Positions 60,622-64,000 of a DNA stretch of 64,000 nt are shown piece after piece. Source of the stretch: Candidatus Multivorans sp. (GTDB taxonomy: Bacteria > Acidobacteriota > Thermoanaerobaculia > Multivoradales > Multivoraceae); NCBI GenBank assembly GCA_965224025.1, contig OZ245033.1, forward strand, positions 2,880,001-2,944,000, written 5' to 3'. How positions within the stretch are numbered: position 1 is the stretch's first letter; every line of letters starts with the position of its first letter. Below the pieces are notes generated by a model, which had not been told where the DNA came from, made no database searches, and saw nothing but the letters and a program-made list of their open reading frames with translations. The position numbers were made by a program, and so were the translations under genes.

Positions 60622-60674
60622 GGCGGAGGATTCTGCGCTGCTAGAAGCGTCTTCAACACGATCTGGGTAGTGCG

Positions 60675-62594
60675 ATGGCCACCGACTTCTTTCAGCAACA
60701 GGACGCGGCAAGGCGGGGCACGACCCGGCTCGTCGTGCTCTTCGCGCTGGCCGTGCTGGCGATCGTGGTCTCGGTCGAGCTCCTGCTGGCCGCCACGACG
60801 GGGTTCCTCGGCCGCGATCCCGAGACGAACGAGGTCGACTGGACCGCCGTCGCCGACCCTCGGCTGCTGATCCTGGCCACCTTTGGCACCCTGGTCGTGG
60901 TCGGCGGGGGGAGCCTGTACAAGATCGCCCAGTTGCGCGGTGGCGGCAGGGTGATCGCCGAGGAACTGGGCGGCCGGCTGGTGGACGGCAGCACGTCGGA
61001 CCCGGTCGAGCGCAGGCTGCTGAACGTCGTCGAGGAGATGGCCATCGCCTCGGGCACCTCGACGCCGCCGGTTTACATCATGGATGGCGAAGCGGGCATC
61101 AACGCGTTCGCCGCCGGCTTCGCGCCGCAGGATGCGGTGATCGGCGTGACTCGCGGGGCGGCGACGTCACTGGACCGCGACGAACTGCAGGGCGTGATCG
61201 CCCACGAGTTCAGCCACATCCTGAACGGCGACATGCGGCTCAACATCCGCCTGATGGGCCTGCTGCACGGCATCTTCCTCATCGGGATGATCGGCTACTT
61301 CGTCCTGCGGATGTCGTTCTACAGCGGCGGCGGTCGTTCCAGAGACAACAAGGGTGCGCTGCCGATCCTCGCGTTCGGCGCCGGACTCGCGGTCGTCGGT
61401 TTCGCCGGCACCTTCTTCGGCAACCTGATCAAGGCCGCGGTCAGTCGGCAGCGCGAGTTCCTTGCCGACTCCTCGGCCGTGCAGTTCACGCGGCATCCCG
61501 GTGGCATCGCCGGCGCGTTGAAGAAGATCGGCGGCTTCGTGACCGGCTCGAAGGTGGAGAACCCGAACGCTCCGCAAGCCAGTCACATGTTCTTCGGCCG
61601 GGCGACCTCCGGCTTCAGCGCGATGTTCTCCACCCATCCACCGCTGGGTGAGCGGATCAGGCGGATCGATCCGTCCTGGGACGGCGAGTTTCCGGAGTTG
61701 CCCGAGGCTGGCGATCGTGTTCCAGTCGGCTCGCCGGGGGCTGCTGGCTTCGCGGGGGCCGAAGCCGGAGGGGCCTCCAGTCCGGACATCTCGAGCGCGG
61801 TCAACCAGGTCGGCCAGCCGACGCCGGCGCACGTCGAGTACGCGGCGAAGCTGATCGACCGCCTGCCTGAACCGGTCGTCGCGTCTGCACACGAGCCCTA
61901 CGGCGCCCGCGCCCTCGTCTATTCGCTCCTGCTCGACCGCGATCCTGGATCGCGACGGTTGCAGCTTGCCCACCTCGAAGCCGCGGCGGACGACGGTGTC
62001 TACGAAGAGACCGTGCGGTTGGCTCCGCTCGTCGAGCGGCTCGATCCGAGAATGCGTTTACCGGTGCTCGAGATCGCTCTCCCGGCGCTGCGCGCCCTGA
62101 CCTCGCGGCAGTACCAGCGATTCCAGGAGAACGTGGTCGAGCTCGTGGCAGCGGACGAGGTCATCGACCTGTTCGAGTGGTCGCTTCAGCGCATCCTGCT
62201 GCGAGACATGCAGGCCTCCTTCGGGCGATCCGGGCCCACGCGTGTGCGGCACCGTTCGGTCAAAGCGGTGCAGTCCCCGCTGGCGGTGCTGATGTCGGTG
62301 CTGGCGTACGTCGGCCATCGGGATCGGCAAGCGGCCGAAGGGGCGTTCGCGGAAGGGTGGCGCGTTCTGCCGCTTCCGGACAGGGGTTTGCTTCCGCACG
62401 AGGAATGCGGCTTCACAGCACTCGATGCGGCTCTCGTTGAACTGGACCGGGCCGCGCCACAGGTGAAGAAGCGCGCCCTGGAAGCGGCGGTCGCCTGCAT
62501 CACCGCCGACCGGGAGGTCACGGTGGAGGAGGGCGAACTCCTGCGGGCCGTTGCGGCCTGGATCAACTGCCCGATGCCGCCGATCATCGGGTAG
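60675..62594 (+). CDS. M48 family (HtpX-like) membrane zinc metalloprotease
   Basis: NVVEEMAIASG, INAFAAG, AHEFSH, SRQREFLAD, STHPPL. Confidence 0.92.
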   Translation: MATDFFQQQDAARRGTTRLVVLFALAVLAIVVSVELLLAATTGFLGRDPETNEVDWTAVADPRLLILATFGTLVVVGGGSLYKIAQLRGGGRVIAEELGGRLVDGSTSDPVERRLLNVVEEMAIASGTSTPPVYIMDGEAGINAFAAGFAPQDAVIGVTRGAATSLDRDELQGVIAHEFSHILNGDMRLNIRLMGLLHGIFLIGMIGYFVLRMSFYSGGGRSRDNKGALPILAFGAGLAVVGFAGTFFGNLIKAAVSRQREFLADSSAVQFTRHPGGIAGALKKIGGFVTGSKVENPNAPQASHMFFGRATSGFSAMFSTHPPLGERIRRIDPSWDGEFPELPEAGDRVPVGSPGAAGFAGAEAGGASSPDISSAVNQVGQPTPAHVEYAAKLIDRLPEPVVASAHEPYGARALVYSLLLDRDPGSRRLQLAHLEAAADDGVYEETVRLAPLVERLDPRMRLPVLEIALPALRALTSRQYQRFQENVVELVAADEVIDLFEWSLQRILLRDMQASFGRSGPTRVRHRSVKAVQSPLAVLMSVLAYVGHRDRQAAEGAFAEGWRVLPLPDRGLLPHEECGFTALDAALVELDRAAPQVKKRALEAAVACITADREVTVEEGELLRAVAAWINCPMPPIIG

Positions 62595-62783
62595 GGCCTC
62601 CCGCAACGCACTACGCCCCCCCCCCGGAATCCAGCGCGGTACTCGCTGGCGCGCCCTGGAGCTGCATTCTCGGCGCGCTATGCTCCGCCTTTCTCCTGAC
62701 ATTGAAAAGGCGCGCTCGTGCGGACAAGGAGCGGCCTGTATCAAGCAAGGCGACCGAGGGGACCTCTTGGCGCGGTTCTACCC

Positions 62784-63227
62784 ATGAAACAGGCCAGCTT
62801 CGACACCCTCACGGCTCGCCAACGAAGCGAGCGCATGAGTCGGGTCCGCTCCAAGGATACGAAGCCCGAGATGCGTGTTCGCCGGCTCGTCCACGGCCTC
62901 GGCTACCGCTACCGCCTTCACGACAAGAACTTGCCGGGCTGTCCCGATCTCGTATTTAGGTCGCGACGGAGAGTCGTCTTCGTTCACGGCTGTTTCTGGC
63001 ATCGGCACGATGGGTGTTCCCGGAATCGCACGCCGAAGTCGCCCGAACGGCGTGGTTTTTGGCTTGAGAAGCTTGAAGGCAACGCTCGGCGCGACCGGAA
63101 GAACCAAGCAGCGCTTCGGGGAATGGGATGGCGCGTTCTCGTCATCTGGGAGTGCGAAACGAAGGACCTTGGCCGCCTTGCGAACCGGGTCAAGGCGTTC
63201 CTCGGTTCGTCCCGAGTCGGTCGGTGA
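62784..63227 (+). CDS. vsr: Very short patch repair endonuclease
   Basis: MSRVRSKDTKPE, LPGCPDLVF, FVHGCFWHRH, GWRVLVIWECE. Confidence 0.93.
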   Translation: MKQASFDTLTARQRSERMSRVRSKDTKPEMRVRRLVHGLGYRYRLHDKNLPGCPDLVFRSRRRVVFVHGCFWHRHDGCSRNRTPKSPERRGFWLEKLEGNARRDRKNQAALRGMGWRVLVIWECETKDLGRLANRVKAFLGSSRVGR

Positions 63228-63798
63228 AAGCGCGTAGGCGCTCTTTGGCCGCTGCCTTGCTTCGTGGCTGAAGCTGCGCGGCCCATCTTCTGCCGGGATG
63301 AAGGGTGTCCCACCAAGGGCATAGCGCTTGAATCCGTCCCTTGCCCGGGTCGTGGAGACCGAACCCTTCAACGCAGACGTTCCAACAGGGTTGGTAGTGC
63401 TCGACCAGGAACCGCTCCGCCATCGTGATCCAGAGAGGGACAACCACGAGGTGGCGGCATTTGAAGTCGTCCACGCGAAGATTGATGGCGGCGTGCAAGG
63501 AGTTCGCATGCTGCCGGATGCGATTGTAGAGGACGGGGGCGGCCTCATCCGGCGTCTGGCCTCCCTTTCTCGCGCCTGGAGGCACGGCCTTGCCGACGTA
63601 GATTGGACGGACCGCATCCGAGGAGCGCAAGGCCGCGTACGGCTCGTAGTCGCCGTCATAGAACAGCGCGTAGACGCCGGGGCCGTTGAATCGCTCCGCA
63701 AGCGGCAGGTTCACGGGCCTTCGATCCATGAGCTCCCGAACCAGGTTGACGGTCAAGTTCCCGTAGTCGAGCGGATCGTACGGCTTGGGTTCAGGCAT
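63190..63798 (-). CDS. Eco29kI-family GIY-YIG restriction endonuclease
   Basis: GVYALFY...IYVGKA, RIRQH, AE, PCWN, GFGLHDPGKGR, WDTLHPGR. Confidence 0.88.
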   Translation of the reverse strand: MPEPKPYDPLDYGNLTVNLVRELMDRRPVNLPLAERFNGPGVYALFYDGDYEPYAALRSSDAVRPIYVGKAVPPGARKGGQTPDEAAPVLYNRIRQHANSLHAAINLRVDDFKCRHLVVVPLWITMAERFLVEHYQPCWNVCVEGFGLHDPGKGRIQALCPWWDTLHPGRRWAAQLQPRSKAAAKERLRAFTDRLGTNRGTP

Positions 63799-64000
63799 GC
63801 CGGGGGACCAAGCTGGCGGCGATGCTCTTCGCCAACGTGGCGGCGAGTTCCCTGGGCACGGCGTTGCCGAGTTGTCTCATCGTCTCCGTCCAGCTTCCCG
63901 TGAAACGCCAAGCGTCTGGGAACGTTTGGACCCTCGCCGCTTCCCGCACGGTCAGGTAGCGCACCGTTCCATCCGAGAACGCGATCATGTTCTCTCCGCC
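63791..64000 (-). CDS. DNA (cytosine-5) methyltransferase, C-terminus (runs off the window)
   Basis: RYLTVREAARVQTFPD (motif IX), QLGNAVP (motif X). Confidence 0.9.
   Translation of the reverse strand, partial: GGENMIAFSDGTVRYLTVREAARVQTFPDAWRFTGSWTETMRQLGNAVPRELAATLAKSIAASLVPRHA

Noticed and set aside
62616-62625. C10 tract as a phase-variation switch
   Set aside because: It is intergenic, just after a stop codon, with no demonstrable promoter; homopolymer length is also error-prone.
1-64000. tRNA, rRNA, integrase/att site or integron cassettes explaining the mosaic
   Set aside because: No cloverleaf, rRNA sequence, tyrosine integrase or regularly placed attC-like sites were seen by eye; tRNAscan and IntegronFinder would confirm.

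Overview
GC-rich (visually ~65-70%) bacterial accessory region. Ankyrin, PQQ-propeller, Ig-repeat, DUF1592/DUF1552 and carboxypeptidase-regulatory-like genes suggest an Acidobacteriota genome, possibly a sponge symbiont (inference). Contents in order: (1) a nest of mobile elements at 3.6-7.9 kb, made of an IS110 interrupted by an IS3 and cut by a CTAG-bounded element without inverted repeats that encodes a Rep_trans-like tyrosine protein with a winged helix and sits in tandem with a 130-bp mini copy of itself; (2) a 'gene graveyard' at ~8-38 kb and 49-51 kb, where intact genes alternate with internally deleted genes and 60-300 bp fragments, many of them defence related; (3) a Rieske / FAD oxidoreductase / GPP34-P450 cluster; (4) a Mu-like prophage head remnant with a Tle1-like lipase cargo and a MuF-nuclease gene followed directly by a hairpin; (5) an Ig-repeat surface protein; (6) an ATPase / ATPase-wHTH-TPR gene pair; (7) an IS1634, lemA with an M48 protease, and a C5-methyltransferase / Eco29kI-like / Vsr module. 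No rRNA, tRNA or CRISPR array was seen. The best candidates for undescribed systems are the CTAG/Rep_trans-like element with its mini-element and the MuF-nuclease/hairpin pair. All family calls come from motif recognition by eye, and some single-base frameshifts may be assembly errors.
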